Source of the DNA: Lytechinus pictus
Lineage: Eukaryota
Direction: 5' to 3'
Length of the DNA: 64,000 bases
NCBI RefSeq assembly: GCF_037042905.1
Contig: NC_087245.1
Coordinates: 28,460,001 to 28,524,000 of the forward strand
Shown: positions 47,901 through 60,629 of the stretch, in pieces
Position numbering within the stretch: the first letter of the stretch is position 1
Layout of the letters: the number at the start of each line of letters is the position of its first letter
Notes under the pieces: generated by a model
Databases searched by the model: none
The model's input: only the letters and a program-made list of their open reading frames with translations
Told to the model about the DNA's origin: nothing
Position numbers and translations under genes: made by a program

Positions 47901-50900
47901 CCTCAGATCCATCAAAGTCCCGACCTACCCTCAACTCGACAACACCTACAATAAACCCCAAGACGAGGACGCGAATGATAAAACTTATTGGAAAACAATG
48001 CCTTGTATCTTTGGTGCTGAATGATACGCATGTTGAAGTCTTGTGGGACACAGGAGCACAAGTCTCAATAATTTCCTTAGATTGGCTGCGACAGTACATA
48101 CCTAAAACCCAAGTCCTACCCATTTCAGCAATTCTAGATGGAGAGGAGACTTTGCAGGTGGCTGCAGTGAATGATACAGTCGTCTCATATGAAGGATGGG
48201 TGAAGCTGCAGTTGAGAATACCAAGGCGTGAACAGAAACCAGCCATCACCGTTCCTGTCCTCGTAACCAATCAAGCAATGAGACACCCGATCATCGGTTA
48301 CAATGTTATCGAGGAACTCATCAAGGAAGACTCCAAGAATGATGCCAAGATATCCCTTAATCGTACCCTCCCTAAATCTCATTGGCAGAAAATCAATGCG
48401 CTCACTGCTATTCTGAAGGGCCAGGAAGGAGAGGACATGTGCAGTGTCCTGATGGGCAGACATCCCATTACAATCAACCCTGGACAGACTCGAATGATTG
48501 TCTGCAATGTCCGCCTCAACCTCACCGACTCAACCACTGTCCTGTTGGAAGCCGACCCCCTTCATGTCCTTCCCGACGGGTTGAGCATCGAGTCAACACC
48601 TGTCGACCTCAAGGCTGGGAGACGCATGAAGATATCCACCCCAATCACCAACGACAGGAAGTGCAGTATCACCTTACCATCGTATTCATGCTTGGGGAAA
48701 CTAACTGCACTGCGCTCTGTATTACCAGCAGGGTTGCTCCAGGAGGGCAGACCACACCCAACCATGAAGGCGCATGTCGCCGAGGTGTCTGTTACATCTG
48801 CTGACAGCCTGCTAACTGAGAAATGGGCCCCACCAGTCGACTTGTCCCATCTGGATGACGGCCAGAAAGCAGGAGTGGAGGCGATGCTGAAGGAAGAAAG
48901 CGCTGCATTTGTCAAGAATGAACAAGACATGGGGTGTATCCAATCATTACAGATGCATCTTACACTGACTGACAATACACCGGTCCAGAAGACATACATG
49001 GCGGTCCCTCCACCCCTGATGAAGGAAGTGCGTGAATATCTACGAGACCTGATTAGCCGAGGCTGGATTGCAAAGTCAAAATCTGCTTACTCATCTCCAA
49101 TAGTGTGCGTGCGTAAGAAGGATGGGACTTTGCGATTGTGTGTGGACTATCGCCAACTTAATCAGAGGACCATGGCCGATCGCCAGCCAATACCCCGAAT
49201 CCAAGACACATTGGACACTTTAGATGGCAATCGGTGGTTTTCAACGCTGGACCAGGGTAAAGCCTACCACCAAGGTTTTATGGATGAGGCCAGCCGTCCC
49301 CTCACTGCCTTCATCACACCTTGGGGATTGTACGAGTGGGTGAGGATTCCTTTCGGCTTGAAAAATGCTCCGGCTGCTTTCCAAAGATGCATGGAATCTT
49401 GTCTAGAGGGTCTCAACAACGAAATATGTGTCACATACCTGGATGACATTCTTGTCTACAGTAAGACGTTTGAGGAACATGTTTCTCGTCTCAGAACAAT
49501 CCTTCAGACAGTGCAAAAACATGGAATGAAGCTACGGCCTGCCAAATGTCATCTTTTCCAGGAAGAGGTTAACTACCTGGGACGCCTTGTTTCAGCTGAG
49601 GGCCATCGACCAAACCCGGCCGACATAACTGCAGTACTGGCTTTGAAGGAAAAGAAACCAGCCACAGTTGGAGACGTGAGGAAAATCATGGGTCTACTCG
49701 GCTATTACCGTCGGTATATACCAGATTTCTCAAAGATGGCAAAACCCATGTACAACCTGTTAACAACAGACGTCAGCTCAGGAGGAACCAAGAAGAAGCA
49801 GAAATCTAACAAACAGGCATCTAAGAAACACCACCAGGCTTCTTCCCGCACTCCTGTAACATGGACACAACTTCACCAAGAGAGAGTGGAGATGCTAATC
49901 GATCATTTGGTCCAACCACCCGTTATGGCTTTTCCAGATTTCTCACAGCCATTCGTGTTACACACAGATGCGTCACAGGAAGGTCTTGGAGCAGTCTTGT
50001 ACCAGCGTAAAGATGGAAAGTTACGGGTGATCGCCTATGCATCCCGCACCCTTACACCGGCAGAGCGGAATTATAATTTGCACTCTGGCAAATTGGAATT
50101 TCTAGCCCTGAAGTGGTCAGTATGTGACAAGTTCCGCGACTACCTATTCTATGCTCCCTCTTTCCTTGTCTACACAGATAACAATCCGCTGACCTACATG
50201 ATGTCTACCGCAAAGTTGAATGCAACTGGGCAAAGATGGGTATCAGAACTTGCTGAATTCAACTTCACAGTGAAATACCGCCCAGGCCGTGCCAACGCTG
50301 ATGCAGATACGCTGTCAAGGATGCCTCTGAACATAGAGACATACATCGACGAATGCACAGAACAATCGCCAGCTTCCAGTATATGTGTAGCAGTGACACA
50401 AGTGCATGAAGCTCAGGAAACCCTTCCACTAGTAGCCAGCCTTACAGCGGATATTGCCATGGCTGAGGGTTTGGACGATAGCTCATCCCCAATCCAAGAA
50501 GTATCCAAGGAAGAACTCGCCAAGGCTCAGCATGATGACCGTGTGCTTGGAAAGATCATCAAACTGAAAGAACAGGACAACTCTCCAACCCCCACATGTT
50601 GGAGGTCTGCTTCTAGTGAAGAGAGAGCCCTCTTGCGAGAGTTGAAGAAACTGGAGTTAGGGCAAGATGGCATCCTCCATCGTAGAACACCAACTAGAAG
50701 ACAAATCGTCCTACCTCCATGCTACCGGATGCGAGTGCTCAAGGATCTGCATGTAAACATGGGTCATCTTGGTGTAGATCGAGTACTCGACTTAGCAAGG
50801 CAAAGGTTCTACTGGCCAAACATGCAGAAAGATGTGGAACACTTCATCCATCATGAATGTAACTGTCTCATCCAGCGTAAACCTAACCGACAGATTAGAG

Positions 50901-52573
50901 TTCCAATGGTACCAATCGTGACATCTGAGCCCCTAGAGCTCATCTCCATAGACTTTGTACACCTGGAAACCAGTAAAGGTGGTTATGAGTATATACTTGT
51001 TGTGGTTGATCATTTTACAAGGTATGCTCAAGCATATCCCACGAGGAATAAGTCTGGCCAAACTGCAGCTGACAGAATCTTTAATGATTTTGTACTTAGA
51101 TTCGGTTTTCCCCGCCGGATACTCCATGATCAAGGAGGCGAGTTTGAGAATAGGTTATTCCACCGGCTGCAGCAGCTATCAGGGGTGCAGAATTCAAGGA
51201 CAACTCCCTATCACCCCCAAGGGAATGGAAAAGCTGAGCGTTTCAACAGGACACTCCTTTCGATGTTGAGGACGCTTACCGTGGAGCAAAAGTCAAACTG
51301 GAAGGAGCACCTACTTAAAGTAGTCCACGCCTACAATTCTACTCGAAACGAGGCGACTGGCTATGCCCCAGCCTTCCTGATGTTTGGTCGTACACCAAGG
51401 CTACCAATCGATTTAGCATTCGGACTGAATGAAGAACACTCCACAACTGGAGACCAAAAAACATATGCTCAGAGATGGAAAACAGCCATGAGGGAAGCCT
51501 ATGACCTGGCAAAGCATACATCGCAGGCCAAGGCAGAAGTTACAAAGAAAACCAGAGACAAGGGACTACATCCACTCCCCTTAGAGCAAGGTGATAGGGT
51601 ACTGGTGAGAAATATGGTACCACAGCAAGGGCCCTCAAAATTGCGGTCATACTGGGAGAAGCAAGTTCATATCGTGAAACGGCGTCTTTCTCCAGACATC
51701 CCTGTATATGAAGTCTGTCCTGAGATCGGTCAAGGTAGAGTTAGAGTGCTCCATCGCAATATGTTGTTGCCCTGTGATTACTTGGGATTGCGAGTTCAGC
51801 AGGATCAGCCAAGCGGAGACAGGCAGAGACGAATACCTCGGGCACTACCACAGGCCTCCCCAGCAGAGATGAGAGACGAAAGTGGTGACTCGGATGATGA
51901 AGAAGTAACGCTTATTCCTGTTCATCCACACATTGCATCACCACCAGCTTCGCCACCTCCACCTCAGCCCCCATCTCGACTTGAGCCAAGGTATCCATTG
52001 CAGCCAACACCAGACAGCAGGATTGCTGATGATAACCAGCAAGGCACACCTCAAGCACCCTTACCTCATCCTGCTAACATACCTCCACCTCCCCCTGCCC
52101 CAATCCCACCTGTCCCAATGCCACCTTTCCTACCACCACCACCACCTCCCACTTTCTTTTCTTCACAGGATGCTGACCTCTACGACTCAGGAGACTGTTG
52201 CCCCCCGCAGCAGGATCGTCGGAACCCACCACGCAGGAGACAGCCTCCGCCGGTTCTGACCTATACTCAGCTTGGTGAGCCTCAGCAATGGCGACGGGAC
52301 CCCAATGTCAACATGGTGCAAACTGACCTCCCGAGGATGAATGGACAGCCAGGGCTGTACTACCCGCAGACACAACCACACCAGAGGATGATGCATCAAG
52401 CAGACCCCTGGTCATGGGATGCTGGCCTACCGAGAGGACAGCAGCAGGTTCGTATACCTCATGAAATGCCTTTGTTTATCTCCAGGCCTGCGTGGGACGC
52501 GGGACAATTCCAGCAATGGCAGCCATGGATGACAAGGACCCCCACCCCACAGCCGACATTTAGTCAGAACTAA
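47843..52573 (+). CDS. pol: Pol polyprotein (protease, RT, RNase H, integrase)
   Basis: LWDTGAQVS protease, YLDD RT, TDASQEG RNase H, H-H-C-C zinc finger, IDF/DQGGEF/KAER integrase, Pro-rich tail. Confidence 0.97.
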   Translation: MQHEEAGKRGRVTWEGQPVTSDPSKSRPTLNSTTPTINPKTRTRMIKLIGKQCLVSLVLNDTHVEVLWDTGAQVSIISLDWLRQYIPKTQVLPISAILDGEETLQVAAVNDTVVSYEGWVKLQLRIPRREQKPAITVPVLVTNQAMRHPIIGYNVIEELIKEDSKNDAKISLNRTLPKSHWQKINALTAILKGQEGEDMCSVLMGRHPITINPGQTRMIVCNVRLNLTDSTTVLLEADPLHVLPDGLSIESTPVDLKAGRRMKISTPITNDRKCSITLPSYSCLGKLTALRSVLPAGLLQEGRPHPTMKAHVAEVSVTSADSLLTEKWAPPVDLSHLDDGQKAGVEAMLKEESAAFVKNEQDMGCIQSLQMHLTLTDNTPVQKTYMAVPPPLMKEVREYLRDLISRGWIAKSKSAYSSPIVCVRKKDGTLRLCVDYRQLNQRTMADRQPIPRIQDTLDTLDGNRWFSTLDQGKAYHQGFMDEASRPLTAFITPWGLYEWVRIPFGLKNAPAAFQRCMESCLEGLNNEICVTYLDDILVYSKTFEEHVSRLRTILQTVQKHGMKLRPAKCHLFQEEVNYLGRLVSAEGHRPNPADITAVLALKEKKPATVGDVRKIMGLLGYYRRYIPDFSKMAKPMYNLLTTDVSSGGTKKKQKSNKQASKKHHQASSRTPVTWTQLHQERVEMLIDHLVQPPVMAFPDFSQPFVLHTDASQEGLGAVLYQRKDGKLRVIAYASRTLTPAERNYNLHSGKLEFLALKWSVCDKFRDYLFYAPSFLVYTDNNPLTYMMSTAKLNATGQRWVSELAEFNFTVKYRPGRANADADTLSRMPLNIETYIDECTEQSPASSICVAVTQVHEAQETLPLVASLTADIAMAEGLDDSSSPIQEVSKEELAKAQHDDRVLGKIIKLKEQDNSPTPTCWRSASSEERALLRELKKLELGQDGILHRRTPTRRQIVLPPCYRMRVLKDLHVNMGHLGVDRVLDLARQRFYWPNMQKDVEHFIHHECNCLIQRKPNRQIRVPMVPIVTSEPLELISIDFVHLETSKGGYEYILVVVDHFTRYAQAYPTRNKSGQTAADRIFNDFVLRFGFPRRILHDQGGEFENRLFHRLQQLSGVQNSRTTPYHPQGNGKAERFNRTLLSMLRTLTVEQKSNWKEHLLKVVHAYNSTRNEATGYAPAFLMFGRTPRLPIDLAFGLNEEHSTTGDQKTYAQRWKTAMREAYDLAKHTSQAKAEVTKKTRDKGLHPLPLEQGDRVLVRNMVPQQGPSKLRSYWEKQVHIVKRRLSPDIPVYEVCPEIGQGRVRVLHRNMLLPCDYLGLRVQQDQPSGDRQRRIPRALPQASPAEMRDESGDSDDEEVTLIPVHPHIASPPASPPPPQPPSRLEPRYPLQPTPDSRIADDNQQGTPQAPLPHPANIPPPPPAPIPPVPMPPFLPPPPPPTFFSSQDADLYDSGDCCPPQQDRRNPPRRRQPPPVLTYTQLGEPQQWRRDPNVNMVQTDLPRMNGQPGLYYPQTQPHQRMMHQADPWSWDAGLPRGQQQVRIPHEMPLFISRPAWDAGQFQQWQPWMTRTPTPQPTFSQN
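47861..47902 (+). promoter_or_regulatory. -1 programmed ribosomal frameshift signal
   Basis: G GGA AAC in gag frame, 7-nt spacer, hairpin GGTTACTTGG/CCAGTAACC; pol is in the -1 frame. Confidence 0.85.
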
Positions 52574-53205
52574 TTTAAACATTTGAACAATTGACCTATA
52601 CGAACACTGGACCGTATGTCTAGCTCGGACACCAAAATCATGAATATGACATCTTGGAAAGAGACTGCGGCAGATATTCTAATTTAAAATAAGTTAGTTT
52701 TATGTTGTTTTTTTAAGATCACGAGTTCTTGGATGTTTAGAAAAACCTTTTGGACATTTTGCATGTTCTAGAGAGTCCTCTGGTTATCTTTTGTGCTGGA
52801 TTGTACCGATAGTGAAAAGTCCTGCTAAAAGGTAATGTTAGGGTAGCATGGGTGACTTTCAGGGTAATTACGGAGAGTGCGCAGATACTGCGACGGAAAA
52901 ATTATTACTTGAAACAACTGTAAAAGTTGCTTGGATAAGAAAGGAAGGCCACTTTTCTTCTTCCAAACCTCTGAAATGGAATAATTCCATGAGGAAGTGA
53001 ATTTTTTTTTTCCTTTTGACTCTGCCACAGTAATGAGTTCTCTCATTCTTTTGATACCAGATGACTACTCTAGGTGTGCAAGCGTTTATTTGGATACATG
53101 CATATTTTTTGTTTAAACTGTTGTATTGAAACCGTTATCGTACATTGTATTGTAAGTTGATGATGATAAGGTACCATGAAAATGAACCGGCCAGCTTATT
53201 TTTTC

Positions 53206-53215
53206 GGGGGGAGAG
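53206..53215 (+). promoter_or_regulatory. polypurine tract
   Basis: GGGGGGAGAG abutting the 3' LTR, preceded by a T-run. Confidence 0.85.
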
Positions 53216-53875
53216 TGTGGGCAGGCCCACAAAGTACACAAATGTACGAGCAGGCCTTTAATTAGCACACCTGGCAGTCCCTCTATTGGTAATGATGGTT
53301 ACCCCTGTAACATAATCGAAGAGTCCAGATACTGCAGGAGCTTGACCACACTTTGTGAGAAGGGCATTCTACTGTTACTTTTACCAAGAAATAACAAGTG
53401 TCTGTCTTTTCTCTTCATTTAAAGGTAAGCTTGGTTCATCTTTCAAGTTATTATAATCATTGAATTGTTGAGTGTGATTGGATGTTGAATATTAACTAAT
53501 GCCAGTTAAAAGTTATTGATTATGTGTGTGACTATATGATGTAGAAGGAGTTCTAAGAAGTACTAATTGTTGAAGAGTGATGTTGATTGACTGTGATTTC
53601 TATGCAACAGTGCCATTGAGTTAATGTGTATGATCAAGTGTGGATACATTGTGTTGAAACAACAGAGTTCAATACATACACTGAGTGTACGCCATGTGTA
53701 GTAGATCTTCCCCCTCTTCCACTCTCTCTCTCTCTCTCCCTCTCTCTGTGTTCACTCTGTGTGTAGAGGTTGACCCTCTCCCTTGGTAGGGAACACACAC
53801 ACTCTCTCTCTCTCTCTCTCCCTCTCTCTCTGTTCACTCTGTGTGTAGAGGTTGACCCTCTCTCTTGGCAGGGAA

Positions 53876-53910
<35 letters not shown>

Positions 53911-54937
53911 TCTTCCCCTCTCTCTCTTTCTCCCTTCCCCAGTATTCTCGTTCATGCTGTGTTGTAAGCTATTACACTCTCCATTGGGCTAGGACAAGGG
54001 AATTAGTGTTAGGAGGCATGTTTGCTTAAGAGCTCAGATTAGAAGTTGGAAACACTGAAGAGTTTGCATTTGCCTGGCATAAGGGATTGTCTTAGCATAG
54101 TTAATTGGTAGTTTTCAATAGAATAAACCTGTACATAAGTATCCCATAATTGTATTTCTATTTAAAGATTGATGTTTAGGATATCGATTGGCTTAATACA
54201 ACATGTTTCCCTGTATATTGTAGAAGTGGAAGTTATCAGATTTCTTAGAGACAATCAATATTCTATAGTCTATATTTCTTGTCTTGTATATTATAGTCCA
54301 TGATTATTTATCTCTGTTTCTATGTCATAATCTTGGGTATGTCTAAGCATAATAATAGTGCTTTAATAGGTGAATCATGCAGATAGCAGTAATGATTGAT
54401 AAGTTCGTTTTCCTAAAACGATAGTTTCATAGTTTCACCTGAGCATATGTATGTGCTGTGTGCTTGAAGGATACAATATAGGTCTCTGTTTACGTTATAT
54501 TTCTATAAAGCTGAGAGGATAATAGTTCAGCATTTTGATAATATTGTCTAGGTATGCAATGAAGTTCATAATACCTTTAGAGTTAGAGGGTATTACGAAT
54601 CACAGTTTGGTTAGGAATATATATGATATTATCTGTATGTTACTAGGTTAGTGTTTATTCGATTCGATAATGAAACTATTAATGATTATGTAGATGTAAA
54701 TAGGAACTCGTTAATACATTGTGTTATCAATGTTAAGTTTATTATGTAATACTGAATAACCTCGGGGTTACAGTATCTTGATATATATGTTGAATCGCAA
54801 CATATATATATTATTATTTTGTATACACTCATGTGTTTGATTATTTGTTTAAATAAAAGGCATTCTACTGTTACTTTTACCAAGAAATAACAAGTGTCTG
54901 TCTTTTCTCTTCATTTAAAGGGTCGAGGCGGGCTACA
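53216..54937 (+). repeat. 3' LTR (1722 bp)
   Basis: Copy of the 5' LTR; one difference noticed (45426 G vs 53929 T). Confidence 0.97.
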
Positions 54938-55321
54938 TGAGTATGAGGGTTCAGTTTATATATTTTCTGATGCATATATTCGTAGCCAAATGGAAGGTTT
55001 GGGGCGCCGCTCCCCCCTCCATTTTTCATGATGCAAAAGGCGCCGCTAAACAAAAAAAAAAGGAAGAAAAAAAGGCGGAAAAGGGAGAAAAAAGGGAAAA
55101 GCAAGGAATAAAAAAGAACGTGAGTGAGAGAGAGAAAATGAGAAAGGGCGATATAAAAGAGAAAGAGAAAATTATTAACATAAGATAAAGTAGAAAATAT
55201 TTCGAAAACCTGTATCACCGACCAAGACTTAGAATGGGTCCCGCTTGATTCTAACATCGATGCCGGAGAGAAGGGGGGATTTTTCGGGGGTAATTATCCT
55301 GGGATATACGTCCTCAGAGGT

Positions 55322-55357
<36 letters not shown>

Positions 55358-55792
55358 GGGGGGTAATTGTCCGGGGGTAATTGTCCTCAGGGGGTAATTG
55401 TCCGGGGGTAGTTGTCCGGAGGGTGATTGTCCTGGGGATAATTGTCCTAGAACCCCTATTAATATATAATTTGGTTTGTCATATTTTCAAGCATTTTACT
55501 TACAATCGATGACAATCCGTCTTCCGCATGTGTATATTTGATTTTTTTTTCTTCAAAATTTCTCTTTTATAGGCTTATTTGTATCATATTATATTGAAAA
55601 ATAAATAAATCAAAATCAAATCAAAACCAAACCTATTTCTTACTTGTTCTTTTTGCTTTTCTGTGCCCTCTTTGCTTTGCATTTCTCGTCATTTTTTTTT
55701 CTTTCTCGCCGTTCCTTTTTTTTGCGCCCTCCTGAAATTATCGCCCGGGGCACACGCCCCACAGCCCCCCGCCTTATATAAATACGACGCTG

Positions 55793-56061
55793 ATTGTACC
55801 TTCAGTATATCAACAGATAAATCATTTTTTATCCGCTCCTGGAAGAAAAAGTAGTCATCATGAACCATAGTTAAAGTACACGCATTTATATTAAATATTA
55901 TTTGGGGCAGCTGCTCGTATGTCGTCACAAATAAAAAAAACCTTAAAATTCTAATAATTTTCTTAATCTTTGATGGATTTTCCTCAAATCTTCACCACAC
56001 TTCTTTTTAAATATTTAATGTTTTTTTTACAACACACATTCCTTCAGGGTGAATTTTCCCT
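55793..56061. mobile_element. right part of a Kolobok-like MITE (family of 21563-22193, reversed)
   Basis: ATTGTACCTTCAGTATATC...GTCATCATGAACCAT...CAGGGTGAATTTTCCCT then TTAA. Confidence 0.65.
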
Positions 56062-57168
56062 TTAATATTCATAGCATCGATTTTTTTTGGGAGTAATTTC
56101 CAGGGGGGCATAAATTGTCAGATTTTCCCCCCATCTTCTAACCAAGAAGTTTCCCCTCTTTACCTTATTTTTTCCTTTTCCTTTATTATTTCTCTATTTC
56201 ACCATTTCATATTCTATTTATTATTTTCTTTTCCTCCGGGCCCATATTTTAGCCCCTTTAGTCTTTCACCATTTCCCTCCAAGTCCCCTCCACGAACTCC
56301 GTCAAGGGGGGGGGGGGGTACTCATTAGGCCTACCGTTTAAAATCGGTAAACCTTTTCTCTCCCCAAAAAAGATACACCAATCAAAAAGCCATTATTCCA
56401 AAATCGGTCCCTCCACCCCCCCCCCCAAAAAAACAATACATGAAAAAAATGTCAAAGAACAGAAAATTGGCAACAATTTTGCGATATCTGTCTCCTTTTC
56501 TCCCGAATCAATATTGATAGACACAGAAGGGGGGGGGGTGTACGTACATGATTGATTTTTATAAGATCAATGTTATTATTGCATATACCTTTCCATTGAT
56601 TCTGTATGTTCCTTTTGGTGTTTTTATTGGTTTCTGGTCATACATGCACTTAAATTAAACAGTTGAATTTTCGCCTTGGGTTCGAATTTCGGCAATGGCA
56701 TAAATTTCTTCATTAAGAAATTGATCTACTATATGCTGATGAGGTAAATGTGTACCGGCAGGAAATAAATCCTCAAAACTTTATAGCGTATACGTATGGC
56801 CGGGGTAAAGTAGGACCGCCTTCAGCACCTATAACAAGGTGGATTTATCATATCTGCAATACAAATACCCTATAAATATTTTTTTTTATGAGATTTTTTC
56901 TCAGTTTGGGGGTACGATAAAAGCACGTAATGCTGATTAAAATTTTGAAATGAATTTCCACTCTTTATTTTTTTACCAGCCATAATGAGCAATCGAACAA
57001 AAAATAAATAGAGATATACTGCAATATGATTTTTTGTTGTTGTTTTGAAGTCATTATTCAGTTCAGTTAGAAAAAGAAAGCATACATAGGCCTACTAAAT
57101 CTGAAAAAAAAAATATTGCAGAAATTAATGCAATAGATTAATTACAGCAGAGAATATTGGTCAGCAAA

Positions 57169-57474
57169 GGGCGGAAATCTCTCCCCAAAGGTAAGGGGGC
57201 AGGGGCTGGAAAATTTGACAAGCAAAAAATAATGAAAAAAGAAAAAGAGGTTATCACCCAAAAAGTAAGGTCATTTCGACCAAAATAAATTTGACAAGCA
57301 AAAAAAAAAGAAAGAAAATTAGGTAATCACGTCCAAAATACATGTTTTATTTCTATTTTGAATGATGTATCATAAAAAACAAAAATATTAGGGGGACATT
57401 TGATATTGTGTCCCCCCTACTATTTTGAGAAGGGGACCGGAACACGTCCCCCCCCCCCCCTGGGATTTCCGCCC
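57169..57474. mobile_element. Harbinger-like MITE
   Basis: 11-bp TIR GGGCGGAAATC / GATTTCCGCCC with G/C runs inside. Confidence 0.6.
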
Positions 57475-57903
57475 ATGTTGGTTGATCAGTAAAAAAAACA
57501 AAAAAAAATAGAACATTTCATTGAGTTTGCAACTGAGCAATTACCTCTAGTCTGAGAAGCAGGGACAGCGATCCTGTGGGGGGGGGGCACAGTAGCCCAC
57601 AGTAGGCCTGACCCATGCACACTTTTTGAAGCACTTAAAGTGCCATTTTTCACCGGGTGTGCGCCCCCCCCCCCTTAATTATTCAACTTCGATCGCTCCG
57701 CCGCCCCTGCTATATAAGAACTAAGATTATACAGAATGTAGTTGAGCATAAAAAAGTTGCAGCTATTAAACACAACGAGTGAAACGGTGAATTATTATTG
57801 GTGATTAATATTCACTCTCTCTCTCCCGGACCCCGGCCCCCACCCTGGTCGTCGCGTCCACTGAACTACTAGTATTCGAGATCGGTGGTCGCGTCCGATC
57901 GGT

Positions 57904-59546
57904 TGTTGTTGTTGTTGAATATGATGGCGCTCTTCAATCTCTCCAGATTATACGCGCCAGTCACTTTCGTAAGTAGGACGTCGTCGGCAAAGGAGATCCA
58001 TACGACGTTAGACCATTGGTGACGATTATATGACATATTAATATAGATTAGTCACCCATCCACCTATTATATTAGTAGGTCCTACAAGATTAAACATCTT
58101 CGAGGAATAATACTTCAATACAAATAGAGAAATTAAATATCGCGCGTGCTAAATGATTGTTCGTGAAAAAGGGCACACCAGCTAACCAATCGGCTACTAG
58201 TTATATATTTATAGAATTTCTTAAAATATTCGTCAAATAACAATTCAAATGTGATATCACATACAATTACACGTCCTTCTTATTCTTTTTTTCTTTTTTT
58301 TTTAATCCTTCTTGTGTTTGAAAGAAAGAAAAGAAAAAAAAAAAAAAAAAAAAAAAAAGGACACACACCTAACTGTAAAAACGGTTAGTGGCATATATAA
58401 AACATAGTAGTTCCCGTGTATAATCGGGATTAATTAACAATTGTTTAAGATTCGGGTCATTCATCTTAAGTTTATTAAACATAATGCGTCTCTCCTTTAC
58501 ATATTTTGAACAAAATAAAACATAATGTTCAATAGTCTCAAATTCTTTGCACACCTCACAGAGGCCGGAAGAGTGCTGTTTAATTTGAAACATATAATAG
58601 TTTAATTTGCACTTACCTACTGTGATTTGATGAAGGAGGCATTCCTCTTTCCGAGAAAAACCTTTTCTATATGCCTGCTTAAAAACATTATCATGAATAG
58701 CATATAAAAATCTACCATTTCTAGACGCATTCCAATCTGCTTGCCAGACACTTTTATAAAATGTCATGCGTGAGCATGTGAGTTCATTTATAGTGTTTGG
58801 TAAAACGATGTCTACAAAATTTTTCGCGGCTCCTTTCTTGGCAGCTTTATCGACGATCTCATTGCCGTTAACATCACAATGTGAGGGAATCCATTCAAAA
58901 TTAATACAGATATCTTTCATACTGAGTTTATGAATTTTAAATAAAATTTCATTAACAATGGTGCATTTTATGAAATATGAATCAATCACATTCAGCGCTG
59001 ACAAAGAGTCGCAAAAAATTACAACTGAACATGGTTTATCAAAGGATTCTAACCACTCAAGTGCCATTAAAATGGCCAGGAGTTCCGCTCTCATGATACT
59101 TACATTGGATAACCTGAAATACTTTTTTATTTTATATTGAGGAACATAAAATGCTGCCCCCGTTCTAAAATTTTCCTGTTTGGATCCATCAGTATATATA
59201 TGTAAATAACCATTCCACACAATTCCAATTCTTTCTAGAACGATAGCTTTCATCTCGGCCGTTAGCATATCCTTTTTTCTAATTATACGATGAGCACAAA
59301 ACGACACAGGGGGGCGGGACAAACGCCATTCCGGGATTCTTGTTAATAAGTTGTCTTGCTTCTCTACAAGTACCTCATCACTACAGGCTCGAAGTTTGAA
59401 AGGTCTTTCCCCTTCCTTCCATTCGTGTCTGTTCGTATGTTCAATGAAAATTTCTCTACTTGGATGGCATAAAGTGCTAAACAACAAATAATATCTAAAT
59501 TTATCATTAAACAGTTTTCTCCGAAGATACAACGGTAATTCCGTCA
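57904..59546 (-). mobile_element. 5'-truncated I/Nimb-group LINE with RNase H
   Basis: TSD GTCCGATCGG(T) at 57893-57903 and 59547-59557; (CAA)n 3' tail; ORF2 C-terminus. Confidence 0.9.
58369..59546 (-). CDS. LINE ORF2 C-terminal fragment: RNase H plus CCHC finger (no native start)
   Basis: YTDGSK, AELLAI, FCDSLSAL, WIPSH...GNE..DKAAK, CEVC...EHYVLFC. Confidence 0.88.
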
Positions 59547-59646
59547 GTCCGATCGGTCTCTGTCATATCCTCTGCGCTAGAGCTGGCGCTATACATATAT
59601 TCACAATTACAGTAGCAGCCGATCTCACACGTGTTGTACAGACAAG

Positions 59647-59766
59647 ATGGCTAAGCCTAAGAAGGGACACTTAAAGTTAAAGCGTAAAAGAAGTGAAAAA
59701 TCTGACGGAACGCAAAATGATGGGATAGGAAGTGATGGAAATATTAATTCTGTATCACCCAAACGG
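59647..59766 (+). CDS. putative first coding exon of an unidentified plus-strand gene
   Basis: CAAGATGGC start context after a CpG-rich region; MAKPKKGHLKLKRKRSEK...SPKR (40 codons) ending CGG|GTAAAT; no downstream exon found in window. Confidence 0.45.
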
Positions 59767-60629
59767 GTAAATATGTCATTATCAATTATACATTTACTGT
59801 GGTAGAGTTATATCGTGCGAAATCAAAATATGTTTCCTTGCTGTGTCCCACATACTGTGATTGATGTAGGGTTTTGTCTGACCCTTTTTTGGTTTTCTCT
59901 TACTTTATCTTAGCTTAGCTAGTCTTTACTTTACACTAACGACGTTGTAAGTTAGGACTAAGCCTGTTCAGTCAATGTAGAGATATCCATTGCTGCTCTC
60001 CTTCAGACGAAATTGCACAGATGCACTTCTTGTGTAAAAAAAGTTTGACTGTTTGCATGGTTTGATTTTCATGATTTTGATTTGATTTTGACTTTGATTT
60101 TTAATTTTTTTTTAATTCATTTTGATTTCTTGACAAGTTTTACAGTTTGATTTTGCTTCTTTTTGTTGAAAATTCAGCATGCATTCCTTGTTCAGTTTTT
60201 GATCAGATGATGATGATGTTTCCTTTTCTTACCAAGTCCAAGAACTCGCCCTGAGAGTTGAGTGACAAAAAAGTCTGTTGACTATATTGTAAAAATAATA
60301 ATAAATAATGGTGAAGCCTGAAGGTTCGAAATCCAGCAAACGTACGCGTACTTCAACGATTTAGCAAGATATCATAATTTTTTTCTTCAAATTTGTGATG
60401 TCATATGCGAGCAGCTTCCCATGTATTGTGAATTGAAATGTCATTTTCTTAAAAATTGAAAATGGGTTTCATTTCGGGGGGGGGGGGGGGCAGTCAGATG
60501 TTGCTGTACTCATGCGTGACCAAAACAAGTTTTTCTCTGTGTGCAAAATAACCCCCTAATTGCCTAAACAAGTTTTTTGCGGGCTCCATTTACACATTGT
60601 GGCCCCTAATCAAGTTGCCGCCAGAACCC

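Larger units (their letters stand above)
44713..54937 (+). mobile_element. full-length Ty3/Gypsy LTR retrotransposon
   Basis: TG...CA LTRs of 1722 bp, TGAG TSD (44709-12, 54938-41), PBS, PPT, intact gag and pol in order PR-RT-RH-IN. Confidence 0.98.
42741..55454. mobile_element. MULE/foldback-like element hosting the Gypsy and other insertions
   Basis: CCTATTAATA duplicated at 42731-42740 and 55455-55464; GGACAATTACCCC-type repeats at left, inverted GGGGTAATTGTCC repeats at right. Confidence 0.7.

Noticed and set aside
52574..53215. env gene in the Gypsy element
   Set aside because: Only ~640 bp and no plus-strand ORF of 60 aa or more
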